DNA of 64,000 nucleotides from Mustelus asterias (Eukaryota). Position numbers and translations under genes: made by a program. The notes below the pieces were generated by a model, which was given only the letters and a program-made list of their open reading frames with translations, did not search any database and was not told where the DNA came from. The stretch is taken from assembly GCF_964213995.1 (NCBI RefSeq), contig NW_027590255.1:496001-560000 (forward strand), given 5' to 3'. Position 1 is the stretch's first letter. The number at the start of each line of letters is the position of its first letter. Positions 22,974 through 36,028 of the stretch are shown piece after piece.

Positions 22974-24206
22974 ACTCACCGCTTCACAGAGAGAGCATTG
23001 ACCAGGGGACGGGGGCTGGGACAGGCTGTTCAGTGTTTGAGATGCATGTTTGTTTTGTTTAGGTTACAGTGCGGGAATCACCGAATTTAACATTTCATTT
23101 GGAGCAGCGATGCGGATTGTTTTTGAAATTTTTAAGTGGATTGTCGAAGCAGCCCCCAGTTGACATGTGCCCTCAGTGAAACTCCACATCACTCCTGTTT
23201 AATCACTGTGTTTGGATAGAGTTTATCAAAGCTTTCTCTGGAATAGCGGAGTTTAGTAGCAGCAGCCGGTGAATCGTTCACTGGAACCAGTCCCAGTTGT
23301 GCTGCTATTTGCCCCCAGACGGTTGTTTCCTGCACTGAAACTGACGCTTTGTGAAACTGATCAGTTTCCGCTCAGTCATTCACAAACCCGCAATTCCCGC
23401 AGTTTGAGCCGCTCCAACCCCAGCCTGCTTCTGATTGGCCATCCTCTCCGCATTCGCAGCTCTGAACCAATCGCAGAGCATCGAATGTGAACATTGAGCC
23501 AATCATTGGCTTCAACTGTCAACCGGCAGAAATTTTGAATTGGGAGGAAATGCCGCCAATTTCAGCGCGGGAAAGGGAATTGAGACAAATTCTTAACTTA
23601 TTAAAAATAGATTCTCAATTAATATTCTGCTATAAGATTATTTTACAAAGAGGTTTCATTTGTGAACATTTGTCCGCCACGGGCAGCAAACGACTCTATT
23701 CAGAAATGTCAAACGGGACAAATATGAAGTCACTCTCTGTAACAAACAACAGACTCAACCCCTTTCACACCGGCTTCAGGGAGACACAGAGAAGCGACTG
23801 ATTTCTGATCCTTTCCCCCGAAAACGGCGGCGAATGTTACAAGCGACAGGAGAGGGGAAATCTGAATGGGCTGGAGAGGAAAGGGACAGGGATCGAGTGG
23901 AACAGCGTGAGATTCTGGGAATGAACAGCCCAGAGAGCGGGAAAAGGGTCGAAAGCACGAAGTGGGGGGAGATAGACTTCAAATCTTCAATGTTTCTGGG
24001 AATTATCTTATGAAGGACGGAATGAAGACTTATTTTATACAAACGGTTATTTCCTGCACAGAAAACGGCCCAATTTCTGAAAGGGGCGGTTAAGAAAACA
24101 ACTGAACCAATCAGAACCTGAGTTACAGACATTAATTCGCTGGTCACAGTTTGATTGAAACTTCCTGGGCCAATTCCCGCTGGGGGCGGTCCCTCACACA
24201 GTTTAA

Positions 24207-24689
<483 letters not shown>

Positions 24690-24718
24690 AACCCGACATC
24701 AGCACCAAGAACAACAAC

Positions 24719-24734
24719 GGCTCTTTTAAGAGCC
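24719..24734 (+). terminator. Histone 3' stem-loop (H3)
   Basis: aacGGCTCTTTTAAGAGCCacc, then gaaagagct downstream element. Confidence 0.93.
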
Positions 24735-25424
24735 ACCAAATCGGCAAATGAAAGAGCTGCGATCTCCTGTTAACGATTCTAGTGTTTCAATTCCCAGGAC
24801 AGAATATTCCCAGGACTCCAGTACTGAAACCTCTCAATGTTACAATTCATTCTCCGTTGCATTGGGGTCACTCATATCTCCAATCCTTAGATGGTTAGAG
24901 TAAAAACGATGCCGTTAACAGTTCTACCGCAATTCAATTTTAAAGTAGTTTTATTAAACCTGCGATCATTTCAGTTTCCGAGCAATAATTCCGCAAATCC
25001 ACTTTCTCCGCACGTGTTTCGAGTTGCAGCGAGAGTGTTGAAAATTGTGTCAATTAAGTTCAGAATATGAAGCATGTCTCCAACAGTAACCCACTCACAC
25101 AGATGTAGCCATTGCAGGAACACTTGCACATTCGCATAGACAATAATTAACACTTTTCCAGATCCAGTGACTGACTTTGAAAACCGATGGGCTGCAGATG
25201 AATATCCTCGCAGACTTTCACATTTTAAAGCAATTATATTTGAAATTGGATCATTTTAGTTCACTGGGATTGTTTCCCCGATAAACAGCAGCAACTTGTA
25301 TTAAAATACTGTCTGTGTCAATCGTACGGATTGAGAGAACAAAGCGGGAAACAGCTGTGCTGTGAATAGCAGTGCAGAAACTGACCGATAGACACCAGGT
25401 CGCCCTTTTTCAGATAAAGTGAGT

Positions 25425-25440
25425 GGCTCTGAAAAGAGCC
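25425..25440 (-). terminator. Histone 3' stem-loop (left H2A)
   Basis: Reverse complement aaaGGCTCTTTTCAGAGCCactca. Confidence 0.92.
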
Positions 25441-25470
25441 TTTGGGTTATCAGATTAAAGAATGGTCGCT

Positions 25471-26187
<717 letters not shown>

Positions 26188-26309
26188 TGAAAAGATGTGC
26201 GGGTTAGGTGGATTGGCCGTGCTAAATTGCTCCTTAGTGTCCCGGGATGCATAGTTTAGATGGATTTGCGGGAAAACTATGTGGGGTTACGGGGATAGTT
26301 ACGGGGTTA

Positions 26310-27825
26310 CGGTGGATAGTCAGAGATTCTGTAGATAGTTGAACAAGGAAAGAGTTAGCAGAGTGAGCACTGGTTCTATAGAAAGTGCAACTGGGGGATT
26401 GATAATGGAAAACAGGGTATTGGCAAATGTATTTTTCATTGGTGTTCACTGTAGAGGATACAAGTAACATCCCAGAAATAGCTGGAAACCAGCAAATGGA
26501 AGGGAGGGAGGAACACAGGAAAATTCCAATCAACAGGGAAAGTGGTATTGAGCAAATTGTCGGGTCGACAGGCTGACAAATTCCTGGGTCCGGATGGACT
26601 TCTCGTGAAGGACATGAAAGAAGTGGCGAATGAGATAGTTGATGCATTTGTTTAAATTTTGCAAAATTCCCTGGCTTTGGAGAATGTTCCATTAGGTTGA
26701 AATATAACAAATGTAATACCTTGATTCAAAAAGGGATGGAGACAGAAAGCAGGAAACTAAGGCTGTTAGCCTAACAGCTGTCATCGGGAAAATGTTAGAA
26801 GCCATTCTGAAAGATATTACAGATATTACAACTTGGAAAAAATACAAGGCAATCAGGCAGAGTCAATATGGTTTTCTGAAAGGGAAATCATGTTTAACTA
26901 AATTATTGGAGTTTTTTGAAAGAGGCCCATGTGCTGTGAATGGGGAACCGGTGGATGTCCTGTTCTTACATTTCCAGAAGACATTTGCCAAAGTGCCAGA
27001 TTAAAGGTTATTGTGTAAAATAAACATTCATGGTTTTGGGCGTATCATTTTGGCATGGATTGATGGTTGGCTAGCTAACAGGTCAAAAAGAGTTAGCACA
27101 AATGGTTCTTTTTCTGGGTGGCAGGATCTGATGAGTGGTGTATTCATGCTGGGGCTACAAATTGTTACAATTTATAAAAATTGCTTGGATGAAGGGACTG
27201 AAGGTACCATTGCTAAATTTGCTGACAGCATAAAGATAGATAAGAAATTAATTGTGAAGTATACGTAAGGAGGCTTCAAAAGGAAACAGATAGATTAAGT
27301 GAGGGCAAAATGTGGCAAATGAGGCAAATTGCGAGGGTAAAACAGTGGTTGACAAATGGGAGACTTTCAAAGTTGAGTTGAATGGGATGCCAGCCAGGTA
27401 CATAGCCACCAGACACACATATGCAGTGTCCAAAGCTGGGGTATCCTGGATGTCTGAGGTTATTGACGAGAAAATAAGGAAGAAAAAAGAGGCATATGAT
27501 GCATGCTGCAATAATAATAGCAATAGAAATCAGGAAAAACAGCTCAAAATGCAGGAGAGGGGCTAAGGCTGGAATAATGAAGAGGAAGCATGAGGAAATG
27601 TTAGCAGGCTGCGCTAATACAAATCATAACATGTTCTTCAAACATATTAATTGTAAAGGATTAGTGAAGGATAGAGTGGGGTTCATAAGGGCCAAGCAGG
27701 GTAAACTGCTCACTGCAGCAGAGGGTATGGCAGAGATAGTAAATAAGTACTGTACTTCTGGCTTTACCAAATTAGACAATGTGACAATGGCCCAGTTGAA
27801 AATGTATGTGTTGATTAACTGAGCT
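26310..27825 (+). mobile_element. Old rearranged CR1-like ORF2 fragments (RT part followed by an upstream linker part)
   Basis: ORFs 26792..27004, 27011..27268, 27312..27566 and 27496..27822 with degenerate RT/linker motifs in scrambled order. Confidence 0.75.
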
Positions 27826-27829
27826 TCAT

Positions 27830-30800
27830 AGTGAGAGTGTGGAATTAACTCTCTCTCAATCGATCATTGTGCGTGGGTGCGGAATTAACCCTGTCTCAAT
27901 CTATTCGTGTGTGTCAGTGTTGAATTAACTCTCTCTCAATCTATTACTGTGAGAGTGTGTGGAATTAATTCTCAATCGATCATTGTGTGAGAGTGTGGAA
28001 GTAACTCTCAATCTTTTATTGTGTGAGTGTGTGGAATTAACGGTTCCTCAATCTATTACTTGTATGAATGTGGAATTAACTGTCTCTCAATCTATTACTC
28101 AATGTCAATGTGGAATTAACTCTCAATCTGTTACATTGTGTGAATGTGGAATTGACTCTCTCTCAATCAATTACCATGTGTCAGTGTGGAATTATATCTC
28201 AATCTATTACTGTGTCCGAGCGGGGAATTAACTCTCCCTCAATCTTTTACTGTGTGCCAGTATTGAATTAACTCTCTCTGAATCTATTACTGTGTTTGAA
28301 TGTGGAATTAACTCCCTCTCAATCTATCATTGCGAGTGAGTGTAGAATTAACCTTCTCTCAATTACTGTGCGTGAGTGTGGAATTATCTCTCTTTCAATC
28401 AATTACTGTCTGACTGTGGAATTAACTCTCACTCAATCTATTACCGTGTGAGAGTGCGGAAATAACTCTCTCTCAATCTGTTAAAGTGTCAGCGTGGAAT
28501 TAACTTTCTCTGTCTATCTGTTACTGTGTCCATGTGCAATTAACTCTCAATCTATTTTTGTGTTCGTGTGTGGAATTAACTCCCTCTCAATCTATTACTG
28601 TGTGAAAGTGTGGAATTAACTCTCTCAATTTATTACTGTGTGAAAGTGTGGAATTAACTCTCTCTCAATCTATTACTGTGTGAAAGTGTGGAATTAACTC
28701 TCTCAATTTATTACTGTGTGAAAGTGTGGAATTAACTCTCTCTCAATCTATTACTGTGTGTGAGCGTTGAATTAACTCACTCTCAATCTATTCCTGTGTC
28801 AGTGTGGAATTAACTCTCTCACAATCTATTACTGTGTGTACGTGTGGAATTAACTCTCTCTCAATCTGTTGCTGTGAGAGAGCATGGAATTAACTTTCAA
28901 TCTATTCCTGTGTGTGAATGTGGAATTGACTCTCTCTCAATATATTACAGTGAGAGAGTGTGGAATTAGCTCTCTCTCAATCTATTACTGTGTGTCAGTG
29001 TGGAATTAACTCTCAATGTATTGCTGTGTGTCAGTGTGGAATTAACCCTCTCTCAATCTATTATTGTGTGTCAGTGTCCAATTAACTGTCTCAATCTATT
29101 ACGGTGTGTCACAGTAATGGATTGAGAGAGAGTTCATTGCACTGTCACACCGTAATAGATTGAGACAGTTAATTGGACACTGACACACAGTAATAGATTG
29201 AGAGAGGGTTAATTCCACACTGATACACAGCAATACATTGAGAGTTAATTCCACACTGACACACAGTAATGGATTGAGAGAGAGTTCGTTGCACTGTGTT
29301 AGTGAGGAATTAATTCTCTCTCAATCCATTAGTGAGTGTCAGTGTGTAGTTAAAACTCTCTCAATCAATTACTATGTGTGAGCGTGGAATTAACTCCCAA
29401 TCTATTACTGTGTGTGAATGTGGAATTGACTCTCTCTCAATATATTACTGTGTGAGAGTGTGGAATTATCTCTCTCAATCTATTACTGTGTGGGAATGTG
29501 CAATTATCTCTCTCTCAATCTATTTGTTGTGTGTCCATGTGGAATTAACTCTCTCTCAATCTATTGCTGTGTGTCAGTGTGGAATTAACTCTCTCAATCT
29601 ATTACGGTGTGACAGTGCAACTAACTCTCTCGCAATCTATTAATGTGTGTCAGTATGGAATTAACGCACTCTCAACCTATTAATCTGTGTGTGTGTGTGG
29701 AATTAACTCTCAATCTGTTACAGTGTGAGAGTGTGGAAATAACTCTCTCTGATCTATTACTGTGCGTTACTGTGGAATTAACTCTCCCTCGATCTATTAC
29801 AGTGTGTCAATGTGGAATTAACTCTCTCTCAATCTATTATTGTGTGTGAGCGTGGAATTAACTCTGTCTCAATCTATTATTGTGTGTCAGTGTGGAATTA
29901 ACTCTGCATCTATTCCTGTGTGCGAATGTGGAATTAACTCTCTCCCAATCTATTACAGTGTCAGTGTGGAATTAACTCTGTCTCAATCTATGACTGTGTG
30001 AGAGTGTGGAATTGACTAGCTCTCATTCTAGTATTGTGTGTGTGGAATTAACTCTCTCTCAATTTATTACTGTGTGTGAGCGTGGAATTAACTCGCAATC
30101 TATTGCTGTGTGTCAGTGTGGAATTAATTCTCTCTCAATCTATTACTGAGAGAGAGCTTGGAATTAACTCCCAATCTATTACTGTGCATGAATGTGGAAT
30201 TAACTCTCTCCCAATGTATTGCTGTGCATGAATGTGGAATTAACTCTCTCTCAATCTATTGCTGTGTCAGTGTGGAATTAACTCTCTCTCAATCTATTGC
30301 TGTGTGTCAGTGTGGAATTAACTCTCTCTCAATCTATTGCTGTGTCAGTGTGGAATTAACTCTCGCTCAATCTATTGCTGTGTGTCTGTGTGGAATTAAG
30401 AACAAAGAACAAAGAAAATTACAGCACAGGAACATGCCCTTCGGCCCTGCACCGACCTTGCTGCCCAACTGAATTAAAACCCCCGACCCTTCCAGGGACC
30501 ATATCCCGCTATTCCCATCCTATTCATGTATTTGTCCAGATGCCCCATAAAACTCACTATTGTATCTGCTTCAACCACCTTCCCCGGCAGTGAGTTCCAG
30601 GCACCCACCACCCTCTGTGTAAAAAACTTGCCTCATACATCTCCTTTAAACCTTGCCCCTCGCACCTTAAACCGATGCCCCCCAGTAATTGACCCTTCCA
30701 CCATTGGAAAAAGCTTCTGACTATCCACTCTGTCCATGCCCCTCATAATCTTGTAGCCTTCCATCAGGTCGCCGCTCAACCTCTGTCGTTCCAGAGAGAA

Positions 30801-33250
30801 CAAACCAATTTTCTCCAACCTCTCCTCACAGCTAATATCCTCCATACCAGCCAACATCCTGGTAAGTCTTTGCTGTACCCTCACCAAAGTCTCCACATCC
30901 TTCTGGTAGTGTGGCGACCAGAATTGAACACAATATTCCAAATGCAGCCTAACTAAGATTCTATAAAGCTGCAACATGACTTGCCAATTTTTAAACTCAA
31001 TCCCCCGCCGATGAAGGCAAGCATGCCGTATGCCTTCTTGACTACCTTCTCCACCTGCATTGCCACTTTCAGTGACCTGTGTACCTGTTCACCCAGATCC
31101 CTTTGCCTATCAATACTCCTAAGGGTTCTGCCATTGACTGTATATTTCCTATCTGTATTAGACCATCCAAAATGCATTAATTCACATTTGTCCGGATTAA
31201 ACTCCATCTGCCATCTCTCCGTCCAAGCCCCCAACCTATCTATATCCTGCTGTATCCTCTGATGGTGCTCATCGCTATCTGCAAATCCACCAACCTTTGT
31301 GTTGTTCGCAAACTAACAAATCAAACCAGTTGCATTTTCCTCCAAATCAGTTATATATATTACGAACAGCAAAGGTCCCAGCACTGATCCCTGAGGAACG
31401 CCAAATGTCACAGTCCTCCATTCAGAATCGCACCCTTCCACTGCTACCCTCTGTCTTCTAAGACCAAGCCAGTTCTGTATCCACCTTGCCAGCTCACCTC
31501 TGATCCCATGCGACTTCACCTTCTGCACCATTCTGCCATGAGGGACCTTGTCAAAGGCCTTACTGAAGTCCTTGTAGACAACATCCACTGCCCTACCCTC
31601 ATCAACCATCTTCGTCACTTCCTCGAAAAACTCGATCAAGTTAGTGAGACATGACCAGCCCTTCACAAAACCATATTGCCTCTCGCAAATACATCCACTA
31701 ATTTCCAAGTGGCAGTAAATCCTGCAGCCAGTGAGGATACAAAAATTTCTCTCAAGGCCCCAGCAATTTCCTCCCTTGCCTCTCCCAGTATTTTGGGGTA
31801 TATCCCATCAGGCCCTGGGGACTTGTCTACCTTAATATTCCTCAAGAACCCCAACACTTGATCTCAACATGACTCAAACTATCAACACACCCTTTCCCAG
31901 ATTCATTATCCACCAAGTCCTTGTCTATGGTGAATACTGACACAATGAACTCATTGAATACCTCACCCATTTCCTCTGGCTCCACGCATAGATTTCCTCC
32001 TTTGTCCTTGAGTGGGCCAACCCTCTCCCTGGCTATCCTCTTGCTCTTTATATATGTATAAAAAGCCTTGGTATTTTCCTTAATCCTGCTGGGCAATGAT
32101 TTTTTGTGACCCCTTTTAGCCCTATATTAACTCTCTCTCCGATCTATTACTGTGTGCCAGTGTGGAATTAACTCTCAATCTATTACTATGTGTGTGGAAT
32201 TAAGTCTCCCTCAATCTATTACAGTGTCAGCGAGGAATTAACTCTCTCAATCTATTTTTGTGTTCGAGTGTGGAATTAACTCTCAATTTATGACTGTGTG
32301 AAAGTGTGGAATTAACTCTCTCTCAATCTATTACTGTATGTGAGCGTTGAACTAACTCACTCTCAATCTATTCCTGTGTCAGTGTGGAATTCACTCTCTC
32401 ACAATCTATTACTGTGTGTACGTGTGGAATTAACTCTCTCACAATCTATTACTGTGTGTACGTGTGGAATTAACTCCCTTTCAATCTGTTGCTGTGTGAG
32501 AGCATGGAATTAACTCTCAATCTATTCCTGTGTGTGAATGTGGAATTGACTCTCTCTCAATCTATTACAGTGAGAGAGTGTGGAATTGGCTCTCTCTCAA
32601 TCTATTTCAGTGTCAGTGTGGAATTAACTCTTTCTGAATCTATTACTGTGTGGGCACATGGAATAACTCCCTCTCAATCTAAGGCTGTGTGTGGGTGTGG
32701 AATTAACTCTCTCTCAATCGATTAGTGTGTCTGAATGTGGAATTAACTCTCTCTCAATCTATGACTGTGCATGAGTGTGGAATTAACATTTTCTCAATCT
32801 ATTACTGTGAGAGAGTGTGGAATTAACTCTCTCAATCTATTAGTGTGTGAGAGTGTGGAATTAACGCTGTCAGCCATTCTCTGTTCATGTGTTTCAGTAT
32901 GGAATTACATCAGTTCATCTATATTAGTGAATGCGAGGATGGAATTAAATCTGTATTTGTTATTCACTATTACTGAATGTGAGTGGGACATTAACTCTCT
33001 GTTCATCGCTGTTATAGCATGTGAGAGTGGAATTAACTGTCAGTCTTGGTTATTGTGTATGAATGTAGCATTAACTCTTGCTCAGTAGAATTGAATGTGT
33101 AATTAACTCTGGCTGTGTTACTGTTTTTTAGTGTGAAATTGATTCTCTATCCTTTAATCACCATCACTGTATTTTTGTTTGGAATTACCATTGTGTCAAT
33201 CTCTGTTACTGCATCTGAATGTGTAATTCACTCCCTATCTATTAATAATA
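27830..33250 (+). repeat. Degenerate ~36-42 bp tandem repeat (gtgtggaattaactctctctcaatctattactgtgtgtca), interrupted by a CR1 at 30398-32123
   Basis: Many dozens of head-to-tail units, decaying toward 33250. Confidence 0.95.
30398..32123 (-). mobile_element. 5'-truncated CR1 LINE inserted in the satellite
   Basis: ORFs 30633..30977, 30953..31234, 31313..31708 and 31842..32096; tail aagaacaaagaacaaag; attaa on both flanks. Confidence 0.9.
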
Positions 33251-33339
33251 ATGTGTGAAATTATCTCACTGTCTGTCAGTCTCTGTTACTGCATGGAAGT
33301 GGGTCACTGTCAGCTTAGCAAACTGCTGCTTGCAGAGAG

Positions 33340-34215
33340 CCACATGGATCAGTGCTGGGTTCTCAGCTATTTACAATCTATATTAATGGCCCAGATGAAG
33401 GGACAGACCATCACCAAATTTTCAGACAATACATAAATAGGTGGGGAAGTAGGTTGTGAGGAGGACACAAAGAGTCTGTAAGGAGATATAGCGAGGTTAA
33501 GTGAATGGACACAAATTTGTGAGGTAGGATACAATGCAGGAAAATGTGAGGCTTTCCACTTCAGTGGGAAGGATGGGAAGGCAGAACATTATTTAAATAG
33601 AGGGGGAGATACAGCAGATTGATCCAGAAAAGGAGGAAATAACTCTAATTATAAGTACATATGTGGAGTATCAAAGTAGGGAAATGTTGCTACAAATACA
33701 TGATATTGCTGAGTTTAAAGGTTTTCTCTGATTTAAAGAGGGAAATACTTGTATTGGAGGCAGTGAAGATTCACTCGGCTGATTGCTGAGATGAAGGAGT
33801 TATCTTATGAGGAAAGTTCAATCAAGTTGAGCCGATCTCATAGAAGTTGGGAAGAATGAGAGATGATCAGATTGAAACATTGAAGGATCTGAGGGAATTG
33901 GACAGGGTAGATATCGAGAGGAATGTTTTCATTTATGGGCAAAATTAAAACTAGAGGACACAGTTAAAAATAAAGTATGCCCCACTTTCGATGGAGATGA
34001 GAAGAAATTTCTCCTCTCAAAATGTCCTTAATTTGTGGAATTTAATAGATTCCATCCTAAGTTAGAAAGAGTTTTGATCTACAGGAGAGACAAGGGTTAT
34101 GGGGCAGGCAATTAAATGGAGTTGAGGCCATAATCACATTAACCATGATCTTACCGAATGGTGGGGGAACCCTAAAGAACAAACTGCCTTCTGCTGCTCC
34201 TGCTTCTTATGTTCT
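33340..34215 (+). mobile_element. Old CR1/L2-like LINE 3' fragment
   Basis: Degenerate ggatcagtgctggg...aaattttcagacaatac RT sequence and tail ctgctcctgcttcttatgttc. Confidence 0.7.
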
Positions 34216-34754
34216 GATTTGATGTCAATGTGGGACTAACTCTCTGTTAGGCTCTGTTTCAGTATTTCAGTGTGAAATTAACTCAAGCTTGATACTGCAT
34301 ATGAGTGCAGAACTGATTTGCTGTCGATTATTTATTCTATATGAGAGTGCAATGTCTCTGCCAGTTTCTGTTCCTGTACAAGAAACTTTGATGAGAAATG
34401 TTTGGGCTCGACTGGTCTCAAATGTACTCAGGGTTAAACCCATCAGCTTTTCCTCCATCAACACTCCAGTTCAAAGCCAGCCAACAGGAACGTACCTTCA
34501 CAGAACATCCACCCTCATTCCAAAGGGGTCTTCATTTGTCTATTTCAGGCCTCAGTTTTCTGAACAGCTGCAATATTTCACCGGTAAAATCATGTGGATA
34601 CTGAACATCTGAAACAAAGTGAAAATTCTGGAATGACTCAACAGGTCAGGCAGGTCAGAGAGAAACAGAGTTCATGTTTCAGCTCTCTGACAATTGGCTT
34701 GCATTAAAACACGTACTGAATGGCAGCAGCCTTTAATTCCCACATGAGGAATTA

Positions 34755-35085
34755 ATGGTGTAGTGGTATTGTCACTGGACCATGATCCAGAGTAATGCAA
34801 TGGGACCTGAATATCACCACAACAGAGTGACATTTGAGCTCAATAAACAACTGGAAATAAAGGTCTAATGATGGCCATGTCGTAAAAACCCACTTGATTC
34901 ACTGATGTCCCTTTAGGCAAGCAAATCTGCCCACATGACCTCTTCTGGCCTACATGTGACTCCAGACACACAGCAATGTGTTTGACTCTTAAATGCCCTC
35001 TGAAATGGCCTAACAAGCCACTCAGTTCAAAGGTAATTAGTGCAATGAATGCTGGCCAAGTCAGTGACGCACACATTACAGGAAT
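34755..35085 (+). mobile_element. Second tRNA-derived SINE family (related copies at ~40487-40812 and inverted at ~57925-58230)
   Basis: Shared ttcactgatgtccctttagg...ggcctacatgtgactccagac...gcaatgtg and tail aatgctggcc...gacgcacacat. Confidence 0.65.
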
Positions 35086-35489
35086 GAATAAAAATAATTA
35101 TCTGCACCCAGAAAGCGCTCTATCCCACACACTGACTTGCCCAGGCACTGAGAGTGGGCACGCTCCCCAGGGGCAGCTGCAGGACAATCGGTGCAGGAAC
35201 TTTCCTCACTGCCACTTGTCTCCCATTCCACCAAGCTGCCTGTGTCCTTTTGAAGTTTCCCACTTTCCTCCTCACAGTTTCCAATGCCTCCAAGTTTGGT
35301 GGCGTGTGGAAATGTTGAGCTTGTGTCCTGTACACCAAGGTGTGTGTCATTAATATATATCAGGAAGAGCAGGGCTCCTAACACCGAGCCCTGGGGAACT
35401 CCACTGGAAACCTTCCTCCAGTCTGAAACACAACCATTAACCACTGCTCTCGGTTTCCTCTCACTCACACTGTTCCATATGGGGCGGTG

Positions 35490-35725
35490 AGGATGGCCTC
35501 GCTGCATCATCCGCTTCATGGTGCCGCTCCCCCGGCTCCCTCGCTGCACGTCCGCCGAGCCCGGCGGCTCTGATTCGGGCTCTGAGAGCCGCTGAGACTC
35601 ACGTTGTTGCGCGTGCACAGTTCCGCTCAGCTTCCGCTCCGGGACGGAGCCTCCTGACGCCTGCGCAGTGCGGATCATTCTGAATGAGATAGACCGTATT
35701 CACGCTCGCGGCGCATTGTGGGTTA
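35490..35725 (-). promoter_or_regulatory. CpG-rich promoter/first-exon-like island
   Basis: Abrupt CpG enrichment, gcctgcgcagtgcg (NRF1-like) and cttccg (ETS-like) motifs, Kozak-like GGCACCATG on the minus strand at ~35520. Confidence 0.45.
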
Positions 35726-35764
35726 CACTGCCCACCATTTCATGGAATAATACAGCATATCGTA

Positions 35765-36028
35765 GAAATCATAGGAATCATAGAAACTCTACAGTGCAGA
35801 AAGAGGCCATTCGGCCCATCGAGTCTGCACCGACCACAATCCCACCCAGGCCCTACCCCCACATATTTACCCGCTAATCCCTCTAACCTACGCATTTTAG
35901 GACTCTAAGGGGCAATTTTTAACCTGGCCAATCAGCCTAACCCGCACATCTTTGGATTGTGGGAGGAAACCGGAGCACCCGGAGGAAACCCACGCAGACA
36001 CGAGGAGAGTGTGCAAACTCCACACAGC
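35765..36028 (-). mobile_element. HE1/V-SINE-like SINE, 5' truncated
   Basis: gggaggaaaccggagcacccggaggaaacccacgcagacacg core in reverse orientation; atagaaatcatag tail. Confidence 0.85.

Noticed and set aside
27830-33250. CRISPR-like array (constant gtggaattaactctctctcaatctatt with variable gaps)
   Set aside because: The gaps are short, mutually similar TG-rich sequence rather than unique spacers; there are no cas genes and the context is vertebrate. It is a degenerate satellite.
35076-35678. 200-aa minus-strand ORF as a host gene
   Set aside because: It is a chance fusion of the CpG island with a degenerate LINE RT fragment (GVPQGSVLG) and SINE sequence.
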